A stretch of 64,000 bases of DNA from a virus: IMG/VR virus record IMGVR_UViG_3300045988_171958, positions 96,001 to 160,000 of that record, one strand, 5' to 3'. Shown here one piece after another: positions 7,663 through 17,362 of this stretch; positions within the stretch are counted from its first letter, which is position 1; each line of letters opens with the position of its first letter. The position numbers and the translations under genes were made by a program. The notes below the pieces were generated by a model, which saw only the letters and a program-made list of their open reading frames with translations, ran no database searches and was not told where the DNA came from.

Positions 7663-10600
7663 TTTTGTATAAGTATTCTTGTATGTTTTTTCTGTTGGTG
7701 GTCAACATTTCCTTCTATGCTGTATCTCACATCTATATTATAATAACCAGAAACATTTTTAGAAGCTTCATCATATAAGCTAAGTATCATAGCATTAGAA
7801 TTAGAAGTTATAGATGGCTTGTTCTTATTTAACAATGATAAATTCTTTACTGACCATTTGGTTGTCTTATCTAATATGAATGGGAATTTCACATTATCAA
7901 TAGTAGCAAATATCAAATCATCTTCTTTAAAATGATTGACTGGATATTTTTCTTCCAATACCATTCTATTTATTAAGAAAGTATCAGATGACCTATATTT
8001 TTTCATTACAATCTTTGTTTCATCATCCGGACAATATTCTATCTTGTCATGAGGATCAAGATCCATGTCACCAATAAGCTTGTCTTCTGTATCTTGTGAT
8101 ATGAGAACAGCAAACCAGTTAGTGTCATCATGCATAAGATAGAAGTCATAGTTGAATGTATTGTCATCTCCTATAGTGAACTTTTCTGTACCATCATTAT
8201 TAAAGAACATTCTATAAAGTTCTGCTAGTTCAGAAGGTTGTTCCCAATGATTTGGAGAATACCACTTAGTATCATATATCTTACTATTGTACTTTAGTTT
8301 TGATATTTTACTTATGTTCAAACCAAGTCTCTTTCTTTTTTCTAAATCATTCATCTTATACAGATACAAATCATAGATATGTATTCTGTTCAGATATTTC
8401 TTGTTGTTAGAAGTAGATACGGTCTGTTGCATGCTACTGATAAGTGAATCTATAGACTTCTTTACATTTTCTGAAGTAATTTCTTGCTTCATGTTCATAT
8501 CCACTTCATCATTCTTAGGAGTAGAATCATAATCTGTCTTTACATTATCTCCTCTGAATTTACATTCTGATTTCCAAGGACAGTTGCATTCCATATTGCA
8601 TACTGAATCTGAACTGTTATTCCAGATAGGGATAGCAATATCTTGATATATTCTAGGTATACCAGACAAGGTATATCCACCAAATTCATACGTTCTTCCA
8701 TTTGGTAACTTTATTTCACCTGTGGTAGCCAATCTTATTGTTACTGTTGACTTGTGTCTCAGATGTTCATCTATATAGAAAAGCTTCCATTTGTCAGAAG
8801 TAGCATCCCAATCAATATTTCCTTGCTTATTGTAAGCTGGATCACCTAACCCTATATCTTTCTTCATCATTATCAAATCATTGTTTGATATTGTATATTC
8901 ATGAAGATTTACACATTCATTAGGTTTTGTCGTACTCAGATCTTTTAAGTCTAATCTTATCTTAGCATAGTATTCATTGTTAGAGTCTACATCAAACAAT
9001 ACATCTACATAGAATTTGCTTAAAGAATATCCTTGATTGTCAGGTATATTAAGTCCATTATTGAACATGAATATTGGGATAACAGAATTTCCTTTCTTAT
9101 ATATTAATTTACTGTTCTTTACTCCTAAATTGTATATATAGCATTTAGAAGCAATATAGTTGCAGAAATTGTTCATTGTATTAGTAGAAGCATTATTAGA
9201 ATCACTATCTGAAATATCAGAAGAAGCATTGTCTATCATATACTTCAACTTGTCAAAGAATCTTATGTCATTCACTTCTGCTAATCCTGGAAGATACATA
9301 TAAGAATTGAAGTTTACTGAATCATCTTCTATAGACTTTATTTGAGAAAACAATGATTTGTCTGTTGTATACAAATTTATGTTTGCTTTCTCTGATTCTG
9401 TCATTCCATCAAACTCTGGATCATTAGGATCTCTATATCCTTCTTCTCCTGGTTTAAGTTCTTTTACTTCTGTATAATTGAAATATTTGTATTCTAAAGT
9501 ACCTACTTTCAATTGGAACTCTGGTGCTTTCAATATGAAGTCATAATAATACCAGTTGCCATTGCAGTTTACTGACAATCTGTATTTCTTATCTATCCAG
9601 TAAGTCATATTGAATGACTTTACTAATGACTTTGGTATCATTATGAAGTTCTTATAAGCAACATCACCTTTTCTTTGAAAGAAATTGAATGATGAACTAT
9701 ATATCTTCTTACCACTCTTACTGAGCACTAAGGTAACATCAAAGAAATCTTCATCTTCATCAGACAAGAACCAAATAGGTATTTTAGCGCAGATATCATT
9801 AATATATATTGTAGGATTTTCTGTTGTCTTTCCTAATGTTTCAGAATTTGAAAACTCATTATAGCATTCATCAAAGTAAGATTCTTGGTTGTATATGTAT
9901 ATTATATCAGATCCTTGAAATCTTACTGAAGTATGTGTACTTCCAATCCAAGTAGGAGTTTCTGTTACATGAATGCTAGGGCTTACTATATATTTGATGT
10001 CATTCATCCAGCAATGTTGCTTCATACTAGATGATATAGTTGTCATTATAGGTAAGAAGTACTTCTTCCAGTAATATTCTACCATAGACATCTTTATGTA
10101 CATGTCTTCTAATCTCCAGTTATAGTAAGGTCTCCAGAATTTTATGTCTTGTTCATCAAACTTATCATAAACCATCTTGTCAAACAAGTTTTCTGAAATA
10201 GGCTTACCTTCTCCTATAAGCTCTTCTGTCCAATACTGTTTGTCTAAAACTTCTGTGTATCTGTCTATATCCATCCATATAGAATAAGCAGAAGCTTTTC
10301 TGAAATGTTGCCAAGACCAAAGATTATCAGACAAAGTATCAAAATTGTCTTGTATATATTGCTCTAAGAATTGGTTGTCGGTTTGATTGAGTCCTCTTAT
10401 AGTGATATGATTTCCATAGCCAAACCAATCAAGAGAATCTTTAGCTGATTCATAGTTTCCACATTCCCCTTTGATATGCATATAATTCAGAAGAAGTTCC
10501 TTCAACTTATGAGAATATTCTTCTTCATCTATATTGTCAGATTTTACATCAGTAAAGTATATTGACTTCATCAGATCTTTAGGAATATTTATTCCCATAT

Positions 10601-11141
10601 TCTTACCATTTATGATAAGCTCACTGTTTTCCATGTGGAATTCTGCTCCTATAGTATAAGGGCACCAGTTATTAGATATGTTGATGAGGATATTAGTTAA
10701 CCAAGTAGTTTCTTCTTGACTTAATGTAACAACATAAAATGTCGCTACTGATACTGTTGATTTTCTTCCTTCTACTTCTACATTATCTATTACTGTAAGG
10801 TCGTCTGTATAAAGTTCATTACAAAATTCACTTTCTTCTATGTTGAGAGGATCAAATATATTACTGTTGTTCTCTATACAATTCTGTATATATGCAGAGC
10901 TTAGCAACCAGAAATGTGTATCATCTTTACTGTCATTCTTGAGTTTTACAGTTATTTGGTCATTAGAATTCACTATGATTCTTACAGGCTTAATATAATA
11001 TCTGTCTATACTAAGCTTGTGAGAAGTTGTATCTGAAGTGAACCAGTCTACATAATTTCCTATTTCATATTCATATCCTATTGGTTCATTTTGCCAATCC
11101 TTCAATGAGTATATATGTCCTGTATGATCGATGAATTCCAT
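7659..11141 (-). CDS. large virion structural protein (baseplate/tail?), function unassigned
   Basis: 1160-aa uninterrupted ORF in the minus-strand late-type block. No catalytic motif recognised. Confidence 0.8.
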   Translation of the reverse strand: MEFIDHTGHIYSLKDWQNEPIGYEYEIGNYVDWFTSDTTSHKLSIDRYYIKPVRIIVNSNDQITVKLKNDSKDDTHFWLLSSAYIQNCIENNSNIFDPLNIEESEFCNELYTDDLTVIDNVEVEGRKSTVSVATFYVVTLSQEETTWLTNILINISNNWCPYTIGAEFHMENSELIINGKNMGINIPKDLMKSIYFTDVKSDNIDEEEYSHKLKELLLNYMHIKGECGNYESAKDSLDWFGYGNHITIRGLNQTDNQFLEQYIQDNFDTLSDNLWSWQHFRKASAYSIWMDIDRYTEVLDKQYWTEELIGEGKPISENLFDKMVYDKFDEQDIKFWRPYYNWRLEDMYIKMSMVEYYWKKYFLPIMTTISSSMKQHCWMNDIKYIVSPSIHVTETPTWIGSTHTSVRFQGSDIIYIYNQESYFDECYNEFSNSETLGKTTENPTIYINDICAKIPIWFLSDEDEDFFDVTLVLSKSGKKIYSSSFNFFQRKGDVAYKNFIMIPKSLVKSFNMTYWIDKKYRLSVNCNGNWYYYDFILKAPEFQLKVGTLEYKYFNYTEVKELKPGEEGYRDPNDPEFDGMTESEKANINLYTTDKSLFSQIKSIEDDSVNFNSYMYLPGLAEVNDIRFFDKLKYMIDNASSDISDSDSNNASTNTMNNFCNYIASKCYIYNLGVKNSKLIYKKGNSVIPIFMFNNGLNIPDNQGYSLSKFYVDVLFDVDSNNEYYAKIRLDLKDLSTTKPNECVNLHEYTISNNDLIMMKKDIGLGDPAYNKQGNIDWDATSDKWKLFYIDEHLRHKSTVTIRLATTGEIKLPNGRTYEFGGYTLSGIPRIYQDIAIPIWNNSSDSVCNMECNCPWKSECKFRGDNVKTDYDSTPKNDEVDMNMKQEITSENVKKSIDSLISSMQQTVSTSNNKKYLNRIHIYDLYLYKMNDLEKRKRLGLNISKISKLKYNSKIYDTKWYSPNHWEQPSELAELYRMFFNNDGTEKFTIGDDNTFNYDFYLMHDDTNWFAVLISQDTEDKLIGDMDLDPHDKIEYCPDDETKIVMKKYRSSDTFLINRMVLEEKYPVNHFKEDDLIFATIDNVKFPFILDKTTKWSVKNLSLLNKNKPSITSNSNAMILSLYDEASKNVSGYYNIDVRYSIEGNVDHQQKKHTRILIQK

Positions 11142-11144
11142 TGT

Positions 11145-11381
11145 TTAATAAGATGATATGTGCTTGAATTTTCTGATTGCTTCAACATGCTTGAACATGG
11201 TGATGAGTTGAATATCTATAAGTTGTAAGAAAGCTACTAATGTTGGGTTTCCTCTGAACAGAATAGGTGGAAGAACTCTTATCAGAATTCCATCCCTAGC
11301 ATAGTCATATTTTTTCCTTCCAAGATTTGTTGATTTTTGATATCCTAGAAACTTATAATCTAAACTTTGCTTTATATCCAT
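11145..11381 (-). CDS. hypothetical protein
   Basis: 78-aa ORF packed between structural genes. Confidence 0.6.
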   Translation of the reverse strand: MDIKQSLDYKFLGYQKSTNLGRKKYDYARDGILIRVLPPILFRGNPTLVAFLQLIDIQLITMFKHVEAIRKFKHISSY

Positions 11382-11382
11382 T

Positions 11383-12255
11383 TTAAATAGTATTAGTATT
11401 TATGAAGTAGTCAGCAGAATGGTTCTTCTGAATCCATTCATCTATCTTCTGCATTTCTTCATTAGCCATGTCTCTCCATATACTGTAATTTAAAGTAACT
11501 CCACCTGGTAGTTTGAATTCAAATGTACCAAGAATAGTAGCCATAGAACGTAAGCCAAGACAAACACAATATCTGAAGAAATAGTAGTTCTTGTACAAGT
11601 CTTGTATCTTAAGTCTCTTATATACATTGAGCATCAAATCAGAATGTCCAATAGCTCCTAGTACAACAAGGTCATTACTATAAGTATTGTAATTATATGT
11701 TACTGGAGTATTGAATATGTAGTCAAAAGTATCAAGTTCATATAATGCCGCTGTAACATCAGTCAATGTATATCCACCACCTGATCCATATACATCAGAT
11801 AGGCTACCACCAACTCCAGATGCTATAGCTGAATTGTTCAGTATCATTCTTTCCAAAGAAAAGTCACCCATAACACCATAAGACCAACTATCTGTTGCTT
11901 TGTACAATCCATTTACAGAAAGGATTTGTGGTGGCAACTTAGCAATCATGTTAGCGCCACATTTTGTAAACTCCTTGAATGGAAGACAATACCAACGTTC
12001 TTCTATAGCTCCATCGCAATTTTCCCAGAAATATTGTGCTGCTTGCAATATCAATGGTGGAATAGCTGATGGTTGCATTGGTAAATTTATTGCACATGTC
12101 TGGGTTAATTCTTGAATGATTCTTTGTATGAACTGATAATCTATTTGATCCTCTATTTTTTGTTTTCTCTTATTATATTCTTCTATAGAAATTTCTTTCT
12201 GTATTAAAGGATTATTGCCTGGATTTATGTTTTGTATGCAACTCATTGAATTCAA
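11383..12255 (-). CDS. hypothetical structural protein
   Basis: 290-aa ORF with a 1-nt gap to the next gene. Confidence 0.7.
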   Translation of the reverse strand: MNSMSCIQNINPGNNPLIQKEISIEEYNKRKQKIEDQIDYQFIQRIIQELTQTCAINLPMQPSAIPPLILQAAQYFWENCDGAIEERWYCLPFKEFTKCGANMIAKLPPQILSVNGLYKATDSWSYGVMGDFSLERMILNNSAIASGVGGSLSDVYGSGGGYTLTDVTAALYELDTFDYIFNTPVTYNYNTYSNDLVVLGAIGHSDLMLNVYKRLKIQDLYKNYYFFRYCVCLGLRSMATILGTFEFKLPGGVTLNYSIWRDMANEEMQKIDEWIQKNHSADYFINTNTI

Positions 12256-13244
12256 TCATTTAACTTATTTAAAAATTGAGTTAATAATTCATCTATAAAA
12301 TCTTTTCCTTCTTGTAATGACCAAACTTCTTTAAAATTTAAATTATTTCTTTTAGCTGTTTCTCTTTTATTTACATCATATATAGTCCATGTCTTTATTG
12401 CATTTAAATAATATTTATGGCCATTTTTATATTTTGATTTCCATGATTCTAATTGATTTTTATCATCTACATTATTTTTGTTGTAAGGATGTTTACCATG
12501 GGTCCAATTTCCATTTAATTCAATAAAATAATTCAATTCTGGAATATAAAAATCACATTGCCATGGATATTTCTCTTTATCTCTATATTGTCTTTTTACT
12601 GTTGGAAATTTAGATTTTATATACAAGAAAAGATCTTCTTCCGGTTTAGAAGAATTAAATGAATTATGTTCTTTTAAATTTAAATTTCTATTATATTGAA
12701 CCTTTTCAGAAGACATTATATCTGACATTTTTGTTTTCCAAATAGGAGATTTGGATATCCAATCAACATTATATTTTTCAATACATGTCTTTTTATATTT
12801 CGCTTTTATAACTTCTGATTTGAATGGGTGATCTACTCCATATTTTCTTAAAGAAGTTTCTATGGCAATTTTTCTTTTTTCTTTATCTTTTAATGGTGTT
12901 TCATATCCATATCTATTTAAACAAGTTTGCTTATATTTTTCTAATTTTTCTTTTGCATTATATGAACATTCATGGCAACAATATATAGTAAATGGTTTTT
13001 TAAATTTATTTGTAAAGACTACTTTATTTCCACAAGTTGGACATATTGGTCTTATTTCTATTTTAAGTCTCATTCTTAAAATTGTTTCTTGCCTAGATAA
13101 AGAATCATTATATCTATTATCCAAATAATCAGATATATTAGGATATTTACTTAATTTTCTAATTTTCCAATAATCATTTTTTCCATCTTTATTAGAAATA
13201 ACTTTCAATATTATATTATCGTGATTTGTTTTAATATTTTCCAT
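12252..13244 (-). CDS. homing-endonuclease-like protein (Zn ribbon + Vsr-like PD-(D/E)XK nuclease)
   Basis: RPICPTCGNK...CCHEC, repeats RYGYETP/KYGVDHP/KYNVDW, and nuclease core CDFYIPELNYFIELNGNWTHGKH. Paralog of 17363..18319. Very AT-rich. Confidence 0.7.
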   Translation of the reverse strand: MENIKTNHDNIILKVISNKDGKNDYWKIRKLSKYPNISDYLDNRYNDSLSRQETILRMRLKIEIRPICPTCGNKVVFTNKFKKPFTIYCCHECSYNAKEKLEKYKQTCLNRYGYETPLKDKEKRKIAIETSLRKYGVDHPFKSEVIKAKYKKTCIEKYNVDWISKSPIWKTKMSDIMSSEKVQYNRNLNLKEHNSFNSSKPEEDLFLYIKSKFPTVKRQYRDKEKYPWQCDFYIPELNYFIELNGNWTHGKHPYNKNNVDDKNQLESWKSKYKNGHKYYLNAIKTWTIYDVNKRETAKRNNLNFKEVWSLQEGKDFIDELLTQFLNKLND

Positions 13245-13304
13245 ATTTATTAAAATAGAAATAATTAATTTATATTGTATGTTAAATAAGATTAATGTTA
13301 AATT

Positions 13305-13402
13305 TCACTTCAGGGACGTTTAAAATATAACAGGTTATAAATTATACTTACATCCAATATTCCGCCAATCTCGTGACCCAGGCGCTTTCCTAGGGAATCC
13401 TG
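13305..13402 (-). repeat. GC-rich ~100-nt repeat family, copy D (inverted, degenerate left arm)
   Basis: Contains gtgacccaggcgc...tagggaatcct, and its AT-rich interior aligns with copy A. The arm tcacttcaggga lacks a full partner. Confidence 0.7.
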
Positions 13403-13456
13403 TTTTTATTTATATATTCTGATTGTTTTAACGAGTGTATCCTACACCAAAATCAT

Positions 13457-13487
13457 TTTGAAATAAGTTTATCTAATTTACTATTTT
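13457..13487 (+). promoter_or_regulatory. class-II promoter variant (22-nt offset)
   Basis: tttgaaataag...tactatttt, with the -10-like box 22 nt after TTTG. Upstream of the primase-helicase gene. Confidence 0.45.
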
Positions 13488-13549
13488 GATACAAGATAAG
13501 TAAAGTAATATAATGATTTTAAGATTTAGAATAATTGAAAGAATATTAG

Positions 13550-16500
13550 ATGAGTAACAATTCAAATCCATTAAATATAGCACAATACCTCAAGAAGGTT
13601 GCGGAAAGCTATTCTGGAAAGACAGCAATGACTGATATTTATGAACAGTTTCGTTGTATGTCTAAAGAATATGAAGCATTCAATGAAGAAGATACAGATC
13701 AAGAAATATATTCTTCTGTAAACTTTAAAGAATGTTCTAAAGAAGAGCAAGACAGATATCTTGATTCTGTACTTAGCATGGTATCGTGTTTGATTACTAA
13801 TTCTATTTATGATAAAGTAGGTATTGTACAGTCATGGAAAGATGTTTGGATGCTTACTCAGGATCCTATATATAAGAATGTTGAGAAAGCAAGCAGAAAA
13901 GTAGTTTTTTCTGTTTCATCAAACAATCGACCAATTGGTGAAAAGTCATTCTTTATGTGGAATGGAATCCAAATTATAGATATTGATATTAAGAATAAGA
14001 AGATTGCAAATGAACTGAAAATAAAGATTTTTGAAGATCTCAACAAATATCATTGGTTTTTAGGAGTTGCTAAGTCAGCATCTGGAAAATCACTTCATGT
14101 TTGGACAAAAATAACACCAATATCTTATACAGATGAAAATAAGAAAATTGAATATTTGTGTAACTTCAGACATAAGTACAGTTATTTGTATATTGTTCTC
14201 ACCAAGTATATGAAAGAAATTGGATATACAAAGGATGATATATTTGACTGGATGGATATGGCGATGGCAAAACCACAGCAAGGTATCTTCATTACTTCAG
14301 ATAGTAAAGCATTATTGTCTACCAATTTCATAGACTTACGACTTGATGCAAACTTTGAAACTGCATTTGATACTGGGTTGGAATCTATAGATTGGATATC
14401 ACATCCAGATTTGAAGAATATCTTTGCTAAGTTGGAATGGTTCAATACAGAAAACAATCAGAAGAAAAGTGTAGATATAACAGCAGTTTCTGATATAAAT
14501 GATGTTGATCCAAGCAAATGCATTCGTCGACATTATAAGCATGCACAACGTTGGCAACTTGCAAACACTCTTACTTCTCTTTATGGATATGATAAGGCAT
14601 TACAGTATATGGTTGCTATTTGTGATGGTACTGATTATAAAGAGCTTAAAGGAGATGTTAAGACTGCAAGTATACACGATAAGCCAGTTTCTGTTTGGGC
14701 AATCAAACAGTTGAACAAATACCATGGATTCAATATTAAGATAGAAGATGACAATATCTATAAAGAAGAACAGAAGTCATTGACTACAAATGAAGAAGAT
14801 GAAAAAATATTCAAGTCACCAACAGATGTATTGAATGATAAAGATGATAACTTAGTAAAGTTGCATTTGAATAAAGATCAGTATCTTTCTGATTTGAAGG
14901 ATGATATTCTCAAGAATTTGAATCATATTACATTGTTGGAAGCAGGTGCTGGATATGGAAAGACTGAAATGATTAAGGCATTCAAAGCTAAGACACTTCT
15001 GATACTTCCATTTACTTCAACAATCAAAGCAAAAGTAGAAACATCATCTGTAACATCAGATTGGTTATATTACTATGGAAATAAAAAACCATCTTTAGAG
15101 GACTTGCTTTCAAACAAATCTATGTCAATGACAATAGATAAGTTTTCAAGATTGAATGTCATGGAACTTGATACTGCAGGATTTGAATATATAGTACTTG
15201 ATGAGTCACATCTCATATTCACTTCTTCTTATCGAGATGTAATGGCTCCAACAATCCAGAGACTTGCTAATTGTAAAGCAAAAATAATCATGATGACTGG
15301 TACTCCAACTGGAGAAATGCTATTCTTTCCTGGTATCAAACATATCAAAGTTGAGAAAGATGACTATAGAGAGAAATCTTTTGAATTGAACATGTGCCCA
15401 ACAAAAGTAGAACAAATGATTGAAATGGCTCATTCAATGGCAAAAGATATCAAAGATGGTAAGAAAATTCTATATCCAACAAATAAAGGAAATCTTTGGT
15501 ATGATCAGCTTACAGGTCTTGTTCAGCAATATCTTGATGATATGAAGTTTGGAAGACAGATAAATTGTTTCTATTATAAGAAATCCAATTATGGTGAAGA
15601 ATCTATGGATCTCATCAACTTTGACAAATCTATAGGAAATAATGATATTGTATTCTGTACAACTTACTTGTCAGTAGGTGTGGATATTTGTGATAAGTTC
15701 AGTTTCTCTGTTTATTTTAATGAACAATGGATTCCTCAGGATATTGAACAGTTTGCAAACAGACTTAGAAACAACAATCTGTATCTTAAGATGTTTCTTC
15801 CAAAGAAAGATTCTGTTGGAATGCCTATCAATTATTACTATACTCAACCATTAGATTTGAGTTTGAATCAAGGTGATTTGCTTTTAGCAAGAGATTTGAT
15901 TAAGACATGTAATGATATGATAGAAAGAAACAATGAAGAATCAAAATACAATCCATTCATTCAGTCATTGCTTTCTACTAACAAATATCTTAAGTATGAT
16001 GAAAATCAATGTAAGTATTTTATTGATGAGACAACATATAAGTTGAGTGTGTTTGAAGACAGATATGCTAGCTATATGAAGCAACTTCCAATGATGATTG
16101 AAGGTCTTCAATATTATGGATATGTTACAAATGTAATTGACCATGAAAAGGAGATTTCAGAAGACAGATTGGAATTCATTGAAGATTATCTTAAGTCATG
16201 CAGACACATGAGATTCAATCAAGTTACTGTTGAAACTTTGGATTTCTTGGATCATGTAAATGATGGAAATATTGATTTGTATCGGGAACTCATTTCTGGA
16301 AACTACAACATATTCAAAGATGATGAATATAGAGAGATGAGAGAAGACAATAACTTATATGTAAAGGATATTGAAATAATGGAAAGAAATGTTCCAATAG
16401 TATTGTCATTGTACAAAAACTACAACATAGATACTATCAAAGATATATATAAGTATTGTATTGACAAGAAGCAGAACAGAATAAATTTCAGTAAGCTAAA

Positions 16501-17203
16501 CAGAATCAGAAAGTTTGTTTCAATAGAACAAAGCAGAAGAAAACGAAGACTTGATTTCCCTATCTTGAGATTTGTAAAAGATGCTCAGAAATGGGCTGAT
16601 GATACAATGAAATGTACAAGAGAAGAAATAGATGAATGGTTGAAGGAATATGCATGTAAATATGCAAATTCTGTAAAGGATGTTGTAGTTGAAGATAAAG
16701 CATATCTTGAGAAGATTTATGATTTGACATGCAACTTATGGAAAATTGTAATTGACCAATCTAAACCGAAAAATGGAATCATAACAATAAGACCATTTGA
16801 AATGCTTTGGGATACTAAACAAGAAATAAATGAGATTTACCAGAACAACATTACTAAGCAGTTCTTCTTACAAGAACTTATAGAAAACATTAAGATAGAA
16901 GATGAAACTAAGAAAGAAGAAACATTAGAGGAATATGAATCTAAGTTACCAGAAAATCTTCCACACACTTCAAAATACAAATTAGAGCAAATTGAAAGTC
17001 AATTGAAGAATGTAATACATGATGGTTATGATTATAGTGATTATGCTTCAAAGGATGGAACAAATAAGAGATTTGTTGAGAAGATGGAGAATACTAATTC
17101 ATTACGAGGTACGATCTTTGGTCAGAATTTGAACAAATCTGAAGATACTTCTTACATGAAGAAAATGGAAGAGAAAAATTTATTTGAGGATTGTCCATTT
17201 TAA
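13550..17203 (+). CDS. primase-polymerase (AEP-like) fused to SF2 helicase
   Basis: N-terminal IQIIDIDIK (DxD), SASGKSLHVW (sGxxxH), FITSD. Helicase motifs EAGAGYGKTE (Walker A), VLDESHL (DExH), MMTGTP. 1217 aa. Confidence 0.7.
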   Translation: MSNNSNPLNIAQYLKKVAESYSGKTAMTDIYEQFRCMSKEYEAFNEEDTDQEIYSSVNFKECSKEEQDRYLDSVLSMVSCLITNSIYDKVGIVQSWKDVWMLTQDPIYKNVEKASRKVVFSVSSNNRPIGEKSFFMWNGIQIIDIDIKNKKIANELKIKIFEDLNKYHWFLGVAKSASGKSLHVWTKITPISYTDENKKIEYLCNFRHKYSYLYIVLTKYMKEIGYTKDDIFDWMDMAMAKPQQGIFITSDSKALLSTNFIDLRLDANFETAFDTGLESIDWISHPDLKNIFAKLEWFNTENNQKKSVDITAVSDINDVDPSKCIRRHYKHAQRWQLANTLTSLYGYDKALQYMVAICDGTDYKELKGDVKTASIHDKPVSVWAIKQLNKYHGFNIKIEDDNIYKEEQKSLTTNEEDEKIFKSPTDVLNDKDDNLVKLHLNKDQYLSDLKDDILKNLNHITLLEAGAGYGKTEMIKAFKAKTLLILPFTSTIKAKVETSSVTSDWLYYYGNKKPSLEDLLSNKSMSMTIDKFSRLNVMELDTAGFEYIVLDESHLIFTSSYRDVMAPTIQRLANCKAKIIMMTGTPTGEMLFFPGIKHIKVEKDDYREKSFELNMCPTKVEQMIEMAHSMAKDIKDGKKILYPTNKGNLWYDQLTGLVQQYLDDMKFGRQINCFYYKKSNYGEESMDLINFDKSIGNNDIVFCTTYLSVGVDICDKFSFSVYFNEQWIPQDIEQFANRLRNNNLYLKMFLPKKDSVGMPINYYYTQPLDLSLNQGDLLLARDLIKTCNDMIERNNEESKYNPFIQSLLSTNKYLKYDENQCKYFIDETTYKLSVFEDRYASYMKQLPMMIEGLQYYGYVTNVIDHEKEISEDRLEFIEDYLKSCRHMRFNQVTVETLDFLDHVNDGNIDLYRELISGNYNIFKDDEYREMREDNNLYVKDIEIMERNVPIVLSLYKNYNIDTIKDIYKYCIDKKQNRINFSKLNRIRKFVSIEQSRRKRRLDFPILRFVKDAQKWADDTMKCTREEIDEWLKEYACKYANSVKDVVVEDKAYLEKIYDLTCNLWKIVIDQSKPKNGIITIRPFEMLWDTKQEINEIYQNNITKQFFLQELIENIKIEDETKKEETLEEYESKLPENLPHTSKYKLEQIESQLKNVIHDGYDYSDYASKDGTNKRFVEKMENTNSLRGTIFGQNLNKSEDTSYMKKMEEKNLFEDCPF

Positions 17204-17224
17204 TTGAAATGGACACCTCTTTAT
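17192..17224 (+). terminator. hairpin terminator overlapping the stop codon; loop carries a TTGAAAT box
   Basis: tgtccattt-taattg-aaatggaca, a 9-bp stem followed by cctctttatt. Confidence 0.5.
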
Positions 17225-17233
17225 TACTATATT
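17203..17233 (+). promoter_or_regulatory. class-II promoter variant (22-nt offset)
   Basis: attgaaatgg...tactatatt with 22-nt offset. Upstream of the small ORF and the homing endonuclease. Confidence 0.4.
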
Positions 17234-17242
17234 AATATTATT

Positions 17243-17362
17243 ATGGAAGATAAATGTTATTATTGTCCAAGAAATTTCTATTGTAATAAGAATGTTTGTG
17301 AAATAGAAATTAAAGAAAGAGAAAATCTCAATAAGAGAAAGAAACACGTATTTAAATTGTAA
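17243..17362 (+). CDS. possible Cys-rich small ORF (39 aa)
   Basis: Manual translation MEDKCYYCPRNFYCNKNVCEIEIKERENLNKRKKHVFKL. Its stop abuts the ATG of 17363. Confidence 0.3.
   Translation: MEDKCYYCPRNFYCNKNVCEIEIKERENLNKRKKHVFKL

Noticed and set aside
13858-14714. Several 60-90-aa ORFs on both strands inside the primase-helicase gene.
   Set aside because: They are fully contained within a 1217-aa ORF that has catalytic motifs.
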